64,000 bases of DNA. Source: Hamiltosporidium tvaerminnensis FI-OER-3-3 (taxonomy: Eukaryota; Fungi; Microsporidia). The translations under genes and the position numbers were made by a program. The notes under the pieces were generated by a model. That model had not been told where the DNA came from, searched no databases, and saw only the letters and a program-made list of their open reading frames with translations. The stretch lies in NCBI GenBank assembly GCA_022605425.2, contig JAKIMF020000013.1, positions 558,001 to 622,000 on the forward strand, given 5' to 3'. Shown here piece by piece: positions 26,360 through 40,500 of the stretch (positions are counted from its first letter, which is position 1; every line of letters starts with the position of its first letter).

Positions 26360-27030
26360 GCAGAGATAAGAATGAACACCAGAATAAAACCCGATTTCAC
26401 ACTCGGAATATAGTCGAACATATTTATTTTAGATAAGAGAAAAACTAAGATAACACTCATTGAATTAGAAATGGATTCCCTTGATTACATTCGAATAGTT
26501 GAAATTGTAAAGCTTAAAAATATTATTTGCTAGCCAATGAGGTATGCCTTATTTATATGCTTAGTGTTGTGATAATCCCTTATGTTATGGCCCGGCACGG
26601 TATTGTGACAAAATACCTAAGTTATACCTCAAAAGCCTGCAAATACCCACGAATATAGATAACATACATTCGTTAGATAGACTTAAGAAAACAGTACAAA
26701 CATCTTTTTTTGATCGACAAAGAAGGCTTGAGTCGGGACAAAATGCCGGAGAGAGCTAGGAAAGAGCATCAATAACGCTATTAGAAGAGTAGAACACGAG
26801 GAAATAACATTCCTTTTAAAACGAGAAACTATCGAACAAGATAGTGTTAAACATCTTAAAACAAAAAATACACATCGCCTTATCTACACAGAGGAACCTC
26901 ACTAGAGAAACGATAATAAACATAAATGAAGAGTTAGATTTACAAGAAAAACAGATGGTGGTACAAGAGGTAGAAGGAAATGCATAAAAGTGTGATAAAG
27001 AAATTTTAACCCAGAAATTTATTAAATAAA
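26360..27030 (+). mobile_element. Degenerate 3' fragment of REL-endonuclease non-LTR retrotransposon
   Basis: GCTAGCCAATGAG, GATAATCCCTTATG, GGTATTGTGACAAAATACC and terminal TTTTAACCCAGAAATTTATTAAAT match the other copies. Confidence 0.85.
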
Positions 27031-27369
27031 AAAATATTTATATAAAAATTGAGGTATACTTCCAAAAAGAACATCATTTTTTGTTATTTAATTAATACAT
27101 TCTAAAGTACAGAAAAATATAAATTAAGGCTTACTAGAAATACTTTTACACAAAATTCTGATTCATTTGAGTAAATAAAATTGAATTAGTGATTGTATTT
27201 TGAATTATGGTAAAGGAGAATAACCATATTAAAGACCCTTGTCTTTTGAATGATTAACCTAGTTTATGAAAAAATTATTGTTTGAATTTTCGATGGGATA
27301 AAAACCACATTACATTTCGATTTTTTTATGAAAATTAGCTTGAATAAGATGGGTCTATAGCCCGACGAA

Positions 27370-27922
27370 AAAAATTTTAAAGTGAAAGTGTGGTTTGTTA
27401 TGTAACTAGATTTGAATACACAATTGAATTTTTAGGTAATTACAAGTAAAAAATGGAAGCCTGGCTTTGTTTACTTGTGTTAGAAGACCTGGTACATAAT
27501 AGATCAAAAATAAAATTGTTTAAAAAGTCTGGAAAGCTAGGTAACAGGTTATAACTGTTAGTATATCTTTGAAACGTCAATATGAACCTATTCAAGTCGC
27601 CAAAATATATCTTAGCTGGAAATTTAAGCAATATTGAAAATATAGAAAAATTAACGGTGTTGATAGTCTGGGGTGAGTAAAGGTTGGATTTCACTTGCCA
27701 TCGCACTGCATTAAACTGATATTAAATCACTCCTGATATTTGTTCGCTCATTAAATAAGTTCTACTTTCCTGTATGTCTAAATCTTTAGGTGTAGGTATC
27801 GTAGAGAATACCGATGGTGTGGTGAGGAAATTGTTACCTATGTAAAACCTAGAATTGCGTAAATACCATGAAACTGTATAAGATATGCAAAGTTATAAAA
27901 TGATGTGATATCTATTATATAA
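27370..27922 (+). mobile_element. Highly diverged family A copy
   Basis: TATGTAACTAGATT, TTTAGGTAATT, ATATATCTTAGCT, GTAGGTATCG, AAACCTAGAATTGCGT, GATGTGATA in collinear order. Confidence 0.75.
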
Positions 27923-27985
27923 ACTATAATATGTTTTTTTTTTTAAAAAATTTATTAAAAATGATTCATATTATAGCATCATTTA

Positions 27986-28713
27986 GGGTGGAGGGAGGAT
28001 AACCACATAAAAAACTTTCTGCTTGACAATGAGTGTGTGAAACTGGTGTGAGTATCATTGTTTGGGTTTTGGTGGGAATAAAACCACACTACATCTTCGG
28101 TTGTTCCATGGGAGTTGTTATGAGGAGGAGAGGTCTAAGAAATGGAGAAACTTTTTCTACAAATTTATTTGTAGTTTTTTATGTAACCAGATTGCAGACC
28201 GCAGCTTAAAATTTAGGTAATTGCCATGTAAAAGCATGGAAACCTAGCCTTGCTCACTCGGGTTAGAAGACTTAGCGCCTGGGAGATATAAAAATAAAAA
28301 CCATATAAAGCCAGGAAAGCTAAGTAGCAGGTTATACCTGTTGGTATGACATTGCACTGTCTAGGTGGACCCCATGTAAATCTCTGAAATATATCTTAGC
28401 TAGAAGTTTATTGGGTTCAGAAAGTGTAGAGTAAGTGGGAATGCTGCATAGTCTTGGGGGAGCCCAGGGGGCTTCGGCCTTCGATCACACTTTATGCAAC
28501 GGACATTAACGAACTCCGGGCAACTGCCTCGCCTATTAATTAGGTTCTACACACCTGGTAGATGAAAGGCTTTGGGACGTAGGTATCGCAGGGGTTACTG
28601 ATAGAGTAGTGGGGTAGCAGTCATTTATGTTAAACCTAGAACTGCGTTATGTCATAAAAACAAATATAACACTTGCCACTGTTTTGAAAAAGATGTGATA
28701 TTTTTAAATAAAG
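27986..28713 (+). mobile_element. Family A non-coding retroposon, full length with 12-bp TSD
   Basis: TSD TAGCATCATTTA at 27974-27985 and 28714-28725. Confidence 0.95.
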
Positions 28714-30727
28714 TAGCATCATTTATATAATTCAGTAATGTCCCGATGACGACGACTCACTTCGAAATGTTTTATTGGTTAAAGACTTTAGACACCAATA
28801 TGAGTTCTCCAATTAAAATATGTCTCTTTCTATTTGTTCATAAATCTCCCACAACCAATAATAGTGAGTGAACAGAACATAAAACAATAAAAAGATTCTA
28901 TTAATTCAAAAAACTTTTGAAATAAAAATTGTAAATTTTCTCCAAAATTAAACTATTCAGCAAGAATAAAATGATAAATTTGTTTTTTTTACTTTTTATA
29001 AAGTATTCCGTTTAAAAAAAGTTTAAATAAATTCGTTAAGATTTCTTTTATAAGAATTTAGAGGTGCATAAAAAATTGTAGCATAATATTGATGTTTTCA
29101 TACGCTTCTTCTGTATAATATATTCATGTTCTCAATAATAATTGAATAAAACAAATATTGTTTCAATAGCTTCCTGGAACTTTATTCAGGATAAAATTAA
29201 AAAAATTTTGATGAAAATGACTAAGAATTTATACAATAAATATATTAATCAATGCGGCATCGTTAGAAAACACGGTTTTTTAGACAAAGAAACCTCTTCA
29301 TATAAATAAATTTCTTCCATAAAAAAGACAGAATTTAATAAAAATGGGTGGAAAGGGAACATAATAAAAAACGAAGCTGAAGCCAGAAAAATTGAAAATA
29401 ATTACACAAGAAGGAGAGAAATCTGTGGTTAAAAAGACCATAATTTATATTGGAATTTCTCAAAGACAGATAGTAATTTTAGAATAACAGAACTTACAAA
29501 AAAAAGAGAAAAATAAACATAAGGAATTCTCATTCAAAAGTTTAAGAAACTATAGCTTAGATAATAAGTCTAAGATTCTTTTCGGAAAATTTTCCTTATG
29601 AATGTAAATGAAAGAAAGCTTCTACAAGCCTAACGTCTAGTAGTAATAAAGCGAAATATAATTTCTTCTGTTTAATATAAGATATTTGTGGCTAATTAAT
29701 GTATTTCAATAAAAAATCAGTTGGTTTTAGCATTATCATTCAGATTTAATTCGATCTTATGATAGTATTATAAACATAAATTTACTGTATCCAGATAATC
29801 CCTTATAATTGCAGGCTTTTATCTTAGAAACAAATAAAATTTATTTTGTTGTTGCAGGTTTTAGACATATATGTTGAAAAATATTAAATGAGTCCGTGCA
29901 ATAACCTTGCGTTTATTCAAAATTAATAAAGATAAATTTATATTTTTTTGAAAACGATACAGTCTTTAGAAAACAAATAATCGAAACTTTCTTTGAATCA
30001 AATCATCCGAAAATATATATAAAAGAACTTGATTACAGCTGAACTATTGTATAATATGTATTTTACGCTCACTATGTACGTATTAAACGTATTTAGATTA
30101 TATTTAAATAATGAAAAGATGGGTTTAATGGAACTCAATATTAGTATAATTCGATGGATTTTACGCAATAATAGTAAAATGGTTCATCTTAATCCGCAAA
30201 ACAAAGAAGATTCTACCTTTCTCAGATGATATTTCAAACATGAGCGCAAAATATTCTTATGGCAAAATGTTGGGGTTTGAAAAATATTTTACAAATTTGA
30301 AACGATTTAAATGAAATTTTTTTTTCTTCGCTATCTAGAAAAATATAATATATAGATCAAGAAATGAAAAAATAACACAAAGATCTACTATAAAGAATGT
30401 CTGAAATTTAAATTATAAAAAGCAATGTCTAAAGTATAAATCGATATATATAAATATCTGGCATGAAGGTCTAATAAAACATAAAGCTTATATTTCAATA
30501 AAAATAAAAGGTTTTGTTATATTGTAAAACGTAACACATATAAAAGAATCAATATTTAGATTTTTTTAACGTCAAACTAGAAGCAACTTAGGTCAGAAAC
30601 ACCTATCATCAGCTCTATAAGCATTAATAGAGAAACATTCGGAAAATTAAGTTTAAAAAACAATTTATTAGAAATCAATCTTCCGGGTTTTTTATAAAAT
30701 TAAAAGAAATAAATAAATATTTTTTCA

Positions 30728-31585
30728 TTATTCATTTTTAAGCGCCTCAATAAATTCTTCTAAATAAGATATAAGCGCTTGTTTCGTTTCAAAATATTCT
30801 TCTATCCTTTGAAATATATTTTCCTTTTTAAATTTTTCATTTTCTATTCTTTTAAGATCAGAATTTTTATCTTTTAGTTCATTTCTAGAATTTGCGTCAC
30901 CGGATTTTCCTCTTCTGTTAACACCTCTGTTTTGATTATTATTTTGTGTTTTAACATCATCATTTTGGGTCAAATTTTTTTTAAATTTACTATCCTTAAC
31001 TTCTCTTTGGGATGAACTTTCACTTTCAAAACAATTCAAATTACCATTTTTTTTCGTTTCTGAAGTATTTTCTTCGTGTAAAATAACCTTAGAAACACCC
31101 CTTTTTTCCTTTTTAATTGTATTTTTTCCGATTTCAGAACTTTCTTTGCTTTTTTTATTTACTTGAGGCACTTCCGAAATCTCAATGCCCTCTAAGTTCT
31201 TAAAAAGATCTTCCATTTGAAAAATTCCTCTTTGTATCCAAACTTTGCCTAAATCATAATATTTTTTAGAAAGTATAGTATTTTTCTGTGATTGATTCAA
31301 AGCTTCTTTAAATCTCAAAGGAACTACGTTTCGAAATGCTTGTAACAAATTACCATGTTTTGGATCATTTGGCTTAATTGTTAGCAATATTTCATTTGTA
31401 AGATATAATAAGTTCAATTTGTGATAAATATTACTTTTTTCGAATTCAGCTGCCCACACTAATACTATTTTTTCATATTCAGATGTATTTGTTTTGATAT
31501 AAAGAGATAAAGTTTGCATTGAATCCTGTGTTGGCTGTAACGATTGCAAAGACTTTATAAGATATTCCACTGAAAGTAATGACAT
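30728..31585 (-). CDS. RNA Pol II CTD-interacting domain (CID) protein, Rtt103/RPRD-like
   Basis: L.PTQDSMQTLSLY and KLNLLYLTNEIL ... VW.QR.IF CID signature; likely ATG at 31585 preceded by CCC. Confidence 0.85.
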   Translation of the reverse strand: MSLLSVEYLIKSLQSLQPTQDSMQTLSLYIKTNTSEYEKIVLVWAAEFEKSNIYHKLNLLYLTNEILLTIKPNDPKHGNLLQAFRNVVPLRFKEALNQSQKNTILSKKYYDLGKVWIQRGIFQMEDLFKNLEGIEISEVPQVNKKSKESSEIGKNTIKKEKRGVSKVILHEENTSETKKNGNLNCFESESSSQREVKDSKFKKNLTQNDDVKTQNNNQNRGVNRRGKSGDANSRNELKDKNSDLKRIENEKFKKENIFQRIEEYFETKQALISYLEEFIEALKNE

Positions 31586-31783
31586 GGGAAGGGTAGGTTT
31601 CATTTTATAAATAAAATAAAATACATAGCATTATTTCTGTGAATTAAATAAACGGATGATTTGAAAAAATAATTAATCAGAACATATTAAGGATTGAACA
31701 TATCAAAATTCAGAAAGAAAAAAGGGGTAGTGAAAGCAAGCAAAAAAATATTTAATTTATTTTCTGTTTTAATATTGCAATGA

Positions 31784-32794
31784 TATTTAATAAAATTCTG
31801 GGTTAAAATATTTTTAACATTTTTTTTATATGTTTTCTTCTACCTCTTTAACCACTTTTGTCTCTTCTTCCGAATCCGACTCTTCATTTATGTTATTATT
31901 CGGTTCCTCTAAATTGGTTAATCCTTGTGAAATAAAGGGTGCTTTATTTTTGGGTTTAAAATTTTTTGCACTATCTTCCTCTCTCTTCTCTTCTTTTAAA
32001 AAGGGGTTTTAGTTCCACATGCATCTCTGATCTCAGAATAACACCCATTGACGCTCTCTCCCAGCTCTCTTCGGCATTTAGTCCTGACCCAAGTCCTCTT
32101 CGTCGATCAAAGGAAATTGTTTCGACTGTCTTCTTAAGTACTATAGACTGAATGTATGCCTCTACATTCATGGGGATTTCTAGTCTTTTAATATGAGATT
32201 TATGGTATTTTGTCACAATACCGTTCCAGGTCATCACATAAGGGATTATCTCAACACTACACTTATAAATAAGACCCAACTCATTGGCTAGCAGGTCATA
32301 CTTCCTAAGTTTTTTTGTTTCAACTATTTGAAGTGAATCTTGGGAAGTGATTCCTAATTCAATGAGTGTATTCATATTCTTCTTCTTATCTAAAATAAAT
32401 ATGTCGGGTCTGTTATTCCGAATTTTAACATCAGTTTTTACTCGGTGGTCCACTCTTATCTCTGCACACTCATTATCAATAATTTCTTGAACTGAGTGAC
32501 TCCTAATTCGTTTTGAAGACTTAAACTTTTATCTATTTAAGAGAAGTAAGTGTAGGCATCTAACCACTTCATTATGCCGTCTGGTGTAGTCATGGCCTAG
32601 CATTTTTTGCCATCGAGTTGCCAGATGATCTACAGTCTTACCAGACTTCCCGCAATGTTGACACACACCATCTGCTCCCCAGAATAAATTTCTATCCTGG
32701 ATATAGCAGAACATAGCTTCGTTGTGTGGCCTAATATTCACTTTCTTTAGCCATCTTGAAGAGTCACTAACACTTACAAGCTCATTTTTCCTTG
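31784..32794 (-). mobile_element. 5'-truncated non-LTR retrotransposon with C-terminal zinc knuckle and REL endonuclease (R2/R4-like architecture), 13-bp TSD
   Basis: CQHC...ETV-like KTVDHL, RRHNEVV, RPDI, IELG, KLRKY motifs; frameshifted; TSD AATATTGCAATGA at 31771-31783 and 32795-32807. Confidence 0.92.
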
Positions 32795-33145
32795 AATATT
32801 GCAATGAAAACAATAAAAATAATTACCGATTAAGAAAATTTACAATGTAATTTTTTTTAAAAAAATTTCTATTTAATTTTGAAACAAATTGTGTGAGGAA
32901 TTCTGACACTTCGAACAAAATTTTTCATTCTTTAAAGTATTGTCTTGCATTTAACCAAAAAATATTGCAAATTTTCTATTTTATTTGTCAAATATGCTAA
33001 AATAGAAAATAGAATTATTTGATGCGGATTTTAAGTTTTATATTTCTATGTTGTAGTAACTAAAACCATTCGTTCTTATCGACTGATATAAATTTAAATG
33101 CTAATTGGTTAATAATAACAGAAAAATACAAAAAAATCGAAACCC

Positions 33146-34312
33146 ATGAACAAAATAGTAGAAATGCCGGAATTTAGATATATTCTTGCACTTTTTCTAA
33201 CATATTTTATTACTTTCGGTTTGAAATTGACAAAAAGAACAAATTTGTTTCCTCTATTCAGCTTATGTTGTATTTTGATAGCATTTGGTATTATTGACGT
33301 AATCTTCTTTTTGGTAGTTGTTTTTTCAAATATTTCTGCCTTATATTTGTTCAAACGAACTGAAAGAATACGTTTTATAATGACTGGAAGTAATATTCTT
33401 GGTCTACTTTTATACCAACAATTGAATAATTTTATTAAAGGAATTTATGGTGAAAGACTCGGGCCAAATATAAGTGGACCTCTAATGATGCTCGTAATCA
33501 AGATGTATTATTTGGGAAAGGAGTATGATTTTTCTACGCACACCATTTATAATCTTATAAGTTATATCTTTTATCTTCCCAGTATTTTGGTAGGTCCAGC
33601 ACCATCATTTAAAGGATTTATTGAAAGACCAAAACAAACTAAAAAATATATTTTGTTCTCACTTCGAGTATTAATGGAGTCTTTTATTTTTATGGGACTT
33701 CATTTACTTATAAGAAGTAAGTTTAGTGTTGAAAAAATGTTGGAAATGCAAAAAAGTAATTTCTTTAAGAATTTTTTGTTTCTGTATGTATTTAGCTTCG
33801 GTTTTAGATGTAAGTACTATTTTGTTTGGACTTTTGCACATTCTGTATTTTCATTGGATGGATATACAAATCAAAAAAATATTTTTCCGTTAAGTGTGGA
33901 ATTTTCTACAAATATCAAAGGTGTTACAGATTCATGGAATATCTGTACAAATAAGTGGCTTAAAGATTGCGTATTCGTTCCTTTAAAAGGATATTCGATT
34001 TTTATGGCCAGTCTAGCAACCTTTTTTGTTTCTGCTATATGGCATGGTTTAAACTGGTGTTATTTCCTTATGTTCTTAAGTTTTGGTCTCATTATACCCT
34101 TCATAAGAAACAACATAAGAATTTATAAAAAATATCTCAACGATTCAATTTGTAAATTTGTTTGTTTATTCCAAATGATGGCAATAGTTTCCTATTTTTC
34201 TGTTCCATTCATCACCCTGGATTTAGATAAAACATTTTCCATTTGGAAAAATGTAAATTTTTATGGGCATATTTTTGTGTTGTTGAGTGGTTTCGGTATG
34301 CTTTTGAGTTAA
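33146..34312 (+). CDS. MBOAT-family lysophospholipid acyltransferase (Ale1/LPLAT-like)
   Basis: P...VGP, KYYFVW, WNICTNKWLK, TFFVSAIWHG motifs; CCCATG start. Confidence 0.93.
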   Translation: MNKIVEMPEFRYILALFLTYFITFGLKLTKRTNLFPLFSLCCILIAFGIIDVIFFLVVVFSNISALYLFKRTERIRFIMTGSNILGLLLYQQLNNFIKGIYGERLGPNISGPLMMLVIKMYYLGKEYDFSTHTIYNLISYIFYLPSILVGPAPSFKGFIERPKQTKKYILFSLRVLMESFIFMGLHLLIRSKFSVEKMLEMQKSNFFKNFLFLYVFSFGFRCKYYFVWTFAHSVFSLDGYTNQKNIFPLSVEFSTNIKGVTDSWNICTNKWLKDCVFVPLKGYSIFMASLATFFVSAIWHGLNWCYFLMFLSFGLIIPFIRNNIRIYKKYLNDSICKFVCLFQMMAIVSYFSVPFITLDLDKTFSIWKNVNFYGHIFVLLSGFGMLLS

Positions 34313-37300
34313 ATAATATTTAAAATATACTTTTTATCTAAAAATTTATTTATAATATGTAGGGGCTACACATTCAATGATTAGAAATTTAGATTTTTAA
34401 AAAATCAAGTTAAAAATAAAAACCTTTTTAGAAAACAACATATATTACTAAAAATAGAAAAAATAAAATTAATTTAGTGCTATTTACGGATTTTTTATAT
34501 ATTGGTATTTTATTTCAGAATAACTAATTTAAATTAGAATCCAAAAAACCGTTTTTTTTTTAATAATTCGTTGATAGAATCGAATAATTTTATTTTCAGC
34601 ATCAAAACCGATTAAGTTTATTCTAAGTAAATTTAATTATGTTGAGTAACAATAATACAAAAAGCAATGTAGAGAATAAATTTTTAGTAATTCTAAATTT
34701 ATATTTTAAGAATTTAAAACCTTGAAAAATTAGTTTCAATTCGAATTGAATACCAAAATTTTTCATTAAACTCAATTAATTCGTATAAATTTAAATTGGA
34801 AAATCATTACCAAAAATCTCAAAATAATGATTAAAATTTTAATTTTACAGTTGGTTAATAAAAGTTTAAGTATTAATTTGGAATATTGAAGAATTTACAG
34901 GCTCGACGTAAAATACATGCCTATATAATTTGGAATAAAAAAAATAATAATCAATTGAAATTCAGATAATAACTGATTGATTTATTGTAAGAAATTATTT
35001 TTTTATCATATTTCACTATAGCATTTATATAAATACAAATCAGATTAATTCATAGATTCTTTATTAAAACTAGATAGATTAATTTAAAAATTTTTTATTT
35101 TGTATTCTAATGAAAAAAACATTTAAAACAAATGTATAATTTTCTCCTAGATATTGAAAAAATGTATTATAAGCAATTAAAATATACAAAGTAAAGATCA
35201 ATTTAATAATTAAATCTATGGAAAATAGATTTAAAATATATTTTGCTTATAATTCTGTTTACTTGGTTTACTACATTTATATTTATTTTCGCCTGAATGT
35301 TTTATTCAAATGTTTGTTTACTCTGGTTGAAAAGGTTCTTAGTCGAATAAAATATTTAAATATATTGTACCATTTGACACATAAAAATAAAAATCTTATT
35401 GTTTTTATTTCCAGCAAATTCGTTAAATAGAAAAATTCTTTTTGTTTTAAAAAAATATATTTTCGAAAAGTTCCGGTTTAAGGTTGTATATTATAAAACT
35501 GAATTAATATTTAAATTTCAAATAAAGCTTTGAAAAATTGCATATAGTCTATTTTTGATTTGGTCAGGTAATTCCTCTGAATGTTTTAACAAATTAATTT
35601 CTAAAAATAAGAATATTTATATGGTTTATTGCCAATTAGTTCATAGAAAAATATTTTCTTGCTTATATTTAGTAAATAATTAAAAGTTTACTAAACGAAG
35701 TAAAAAGTTAAAATATACTAAAATGAAGTTAATATAGTGAATGTAATAACCTTTTTTATCTTGTTTAAATACAAAGTTATTTTTCTCATAATTTAAGACA
35801 AACATAATATTGTTAGAATTAGAGATTGCGAATTTGAAATAATTTAGAATTATATTCGAATATTTTTATAGAAAGTTTTGAATATCTAAATATGCTTAGA
35901 TGCAGACATTTAAATTTTTTTCGGAGTTTTTTATAATCATAGCCGCTAGATTTTTATGTAATAATGTATTTTCATATTATATTAAGAGTTCAAACTAAAA
36001 AAAAGAATAATATTTCTATTTTTTGTAAATTTCATATTTTTGACAATAATCCTAACTTATATTCTCAATAAAATAATAATATATTATATTTGTAAAACAG
36101 AGTATTATTAGTGGTTTTAATTTAATTTACTTGATAGATCATTAGTTTTAAAGAGCAGAAATGCCAGAATATATGATCGGGTCTCTTTGACGATATATAT
36201 GAACATTAAGCTTTTTAATAAATACCGGTGCTCATATCCAACCAATTTAAATGCAGTTTTTTATTTGAATTTACTTTGTATATTTTTGTAAACCAATTTT
36301 TCTTTATATAAAGAATGAATCAAATATATTTGTAATTCTTTGTGAATATTTTTTACAAGAGCTTTTTTTATTTTAAGTATAATTATATAAAAGAAATCCG
36401 AAGATAAATTAATAGTGCTTGCTTTAAAACAATCAAAAATTTAATGTTTTTAGAGTGTAAAGTATAAATTGCAGTTTTTAGTTTATTTTACTTATCTGCA
36501 ATATAATAAATAAAAGATACATTACGAACATCTGGAAATGTTTGAATTTGCCCAAAAGATTTACTTAGAATCTAGTTAGAAATAAATTGCGACCTTTTTT
36601 TTAAACAACAAAAAATCAAATAAAAATTATAGATTTTATTGGTTTATATTGTGATTTTTACATGTTCTATCAGTTTTCCTATTTCATAGCTCGTATAAAA
36701 TATTGAAATTTCAAAAATTATCTTTATTCCAAATTAAAGAATTGTTAAAATAATCATCATTTTAAATATGCATTGAGGCAAAAGTTAAAATTTATTTGGA
36801 TCAAATTTCCAATCTTATACATTTTACAAAAAATTTTATAAAAAATCTAGAAGTTATTTTATAAGAGATTGTTTTTGCAGGCTTTATTCACATTCTTATT
36901 CCGTCGTATTTAAATATTTTTCCTTATTTTGATCTCAAACCTTAATTTCGGCATTTTATTTACCTTTAAGTATTCATTGATAAATATTTATTCTTCTTTG
37001 TTGTGTATGTATGTAGCAATATATATTGCTTGTGTTCTCGCATCCGGAGGCATGTAATTAATGTCTCTCATGAATCATATAAGAGTTAAGTTGGCTAGTT
37101 TTTTTGTGGATCTACTGAAATGTTTTTACTATATTTTAAAATTACATTGACTAAAACCGAGTCTCTGATTCACTGTATTTCAGGTTTTAGAACCAAGTTA
37201 TATTGTATTTGATTACAATACGATCCGGGTTATTATAAAAAGATATTATCCCTAACACTAGAATCACAAACAAGAATTGACACATTAACCTATAAGTCGA

Positions 37301-37399
37301 TCATCTTTAGTTTTTCCGTTCATATAATTTTAAGGAAACCTAATTAAGTAATTAAAAATTCAATGAACAATAATATAATATTTCTTATCCCAAACAAAA

Positions 37400-37570
37400 A
37401 GTGGAGAGTTCATAACCATTATAAAAACTTTCTGCTTAGCAATGAGTGTGTAGAATTATTTGAAAAAAATTGTTTACATTATAGTGAGATATAAACTGCA
37501 CTAGATCCATAAGCCAATCTCATATAATCTCGAGTTATAACGGATCAAATGAAGTATAGAATAAGTAAGA
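37400..37570 (+). mobile_element. Fragment with family A-like 5' head and a different body
   Basis: ATAACCATTATAAAAACTTTCTGCTTAGCAATGAGTGTGT then ATATAAACTGCACTAGATCCATA. Confidence 0.6.
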
Positions 37571-40500
37571 AGTATCTAACGCAGGGTAATATTTTTTCTT
37601 ATTACGATTCTCATATAAGTTATTAGACCGATTCCTACACTTATTTTTTAAAATATATTTTTATGATTTCTTGATTATATGACTTTTAATTCGATTTTAG
37701 GACTCGAATTTATATTTATTTAAGAAAAGTAGAGTTGACACAAAACTACCCTATTATGTCATCTATTTAGCCATACCCGGGTATTTTTCAATATATAAAT
37801 TCTCTACATGCTTCATACAATATTAATTTCGAAAATATTGACACTTATATTTTGATTTTACAAAATACATTATTGTACTATAAAATTTTCTTCAGTTTCA
37901 AATATATTTTTTTGTGATATTGGGAAAAAGCTAAAACAAATTGAAACATTCAAGTTTATATACTATATAAATATTCCTTGATTTATTTATTCAACATAAT
38001 TCAAAATTTTAGCCTCTATCTATAAAAATATTTTATAATATTAATGTATTCATTTAAGGCATCAATTTCCAAACCAATTAATATATATTCCCGATAAACA
38101 GATACTCGATATACAAACTCTAGAATTTTTTATTTTAAAAAATTATATTGATACATTTAAAAATTTTAGCATATAGCCACACTTCTATTATAACCTAGAA
38201 CCTTTTAAACAATCATTTAATTAGTTAAATATATAAATAATATAAGTTTGAAATGAGAGGTAGGATAAAGTAAAGATGTACAATTGAAAATAGTTAAATG
38301 TATTCAAATTCTAATATATTTTAAATACGTAAATATATATTCAAAGAAACAACTTTATTCAATCTTTTGAAACGAAAAAGTATAAGGCGAATGCTTAGAA
38401 AATGATGGATATAGTATAAACAATTAATTTTGCAATTTAGAATCAACGACTTTGGATTAATTGCTTATTATAAACATAATTGTTTTAATTATATTCGTTG
38501 TCAAAACCTCAATCATGAAATATATCAGTCACATCAAATTGAAAATATATTCGCCCTGAAATTTTCAAAAAGGTAAATTTTTCAAAAAAAATATGAATAT
38601 AAATAGCACACAATAATATATAAGTAGAATTTCTAAACACAGCGATTTTAGATTAAAGAAAATAACATCGTATTATTTTTTAAATATTAATCTTCATAAA
38701 TGAGTTGGATTTAATATTCCACTATCTCTATGTGTATGTTTCTGTTTGATTTTTATAGAGTAAAACAGCCTTGTAAAAATATTTGTTAAATATAGTAATT
38801 ATTGAATATTGTTTTTGAACATGTAAAATCCGGTTTGTAAAGTGAGATACTTTTCACTCATAACACAAATGAGTAAGACAAACAAAATATATTGTAATGA
38901 ATCTAACCAATTAATCAATTATTTTCAAAGCTAACACAATAATATCCTTCAAAGGATTTAACAATAAAAAAAAGATATTTTGTGAAAAATAGTAGAATTA
39001 CTATATTTGAAAACCTCGAAAATACTTTATTAATATGTGAAACAAAAACTTCTTATATAAGCTTTTGAATTACAATAGAGTTTTATCGAATTTTTACACT
39101 CGAATTTTAGAAATATAACATTATATTAATTAATTGGAGTAACTATAGAAAAATTATTTGTTTAAAAACTAGTTCATGTATATGTGCTATTATTTTGAAA
39201 GTTGTGCTCAAAATTAAATTCAGAAATTTTTAAAATATTTTTTAATGGAAATGATTTTTAAAAAAATTCCGCCTATTTATATTATGATTAAAAAAGTTCA
39301 AAAAAAAGATATGCCATATTCTATTCTTACAGATACAAGTTTTAAACAAGAATAGGAACATAAAACCATAAAATTGAGTAGTATTATCAACAAATATTCA
39401 ATACTTAAGTATGGTACAACCGTATATTTTTTTGATTATTTTATGCATTTGTAGACTAAGTAAATTCAAGTAGGAAAACATAAAAACTAAGTAGTTTCGA
39501 AAATATTATGATCATGGTTTGGTATAGAATTAACATGGTCTATAAATTTAAATACGACATCGAAAATTTAATTTAGTATTCTTTGAAGGATAGAATTAGC
39601 TATGTTATATTTATTATGAATAAATAGGGGAAAGCCATGTATTTTCAAGAGAAACATACATTATTTTGCGTGTAGAGCATTGGATACACATATTTTAATT
39701 AATGTTCTCAGCTAGATTGCTCTATATAAATATTATTAAAATAGTTTAAAAAAGAAATTTACTATTATATACAAACAAATCATATATGATCTGAATTGAT
39801 GTGAAACATCTCAAATAAAGATTTTTTCAATTTAAAAAAACATATTCTACGACATAGAAAGTATGATTATAAAAACCTTTGATACAACTTAATATTATCC
39901 ATTATATGAATTAGTAATTTTCCGAGAATGGTGAAGCCTCTCTGCGAAATTTTTAATAGATCCAAAATTTAAGACACCAATAACAGCGTTTTGATTAGAA
40001 ATATAAATCTTAGGATCTATTCATAAATTTTTCACAACCAAGGATTGTTCGTAAAAATAAAACATGAAACACTCTAAAACGGTTGATCGATTTTAAATTT
40101 TATTTGCAATAACAAATGTTAAAGATCCTTTCTAGGGGGTATGAACTCATAATAAAACCCTTAAAATTATATTTTTCTACTTTTCGTAGTTTTCTGTTTT
40201 ATAACAAATTTGTTCGGATTTTTTATGGCATTCTTACCAATACTTAAGCATTGTTTAGTTGAATTTATGTTTGAAAGCCATTTCCAAGATATCCAGTTGT
40301 AGTAGAATAATGCAAAAAAAATTATAACGACTGAAGTTAAAATATTTGTAATAAACACAAGAAGAACGCTATTTAGTTATTGAATTGGCTAATTCATCAT
40401 GACACGTATGAAACTATTTTTTAGAAAAAAGAAAAACATAATTTACGTTTAAGTCAATTAAAAAAGGTGGATGTGGTAGAAATACTTGATAAATTTAAAT

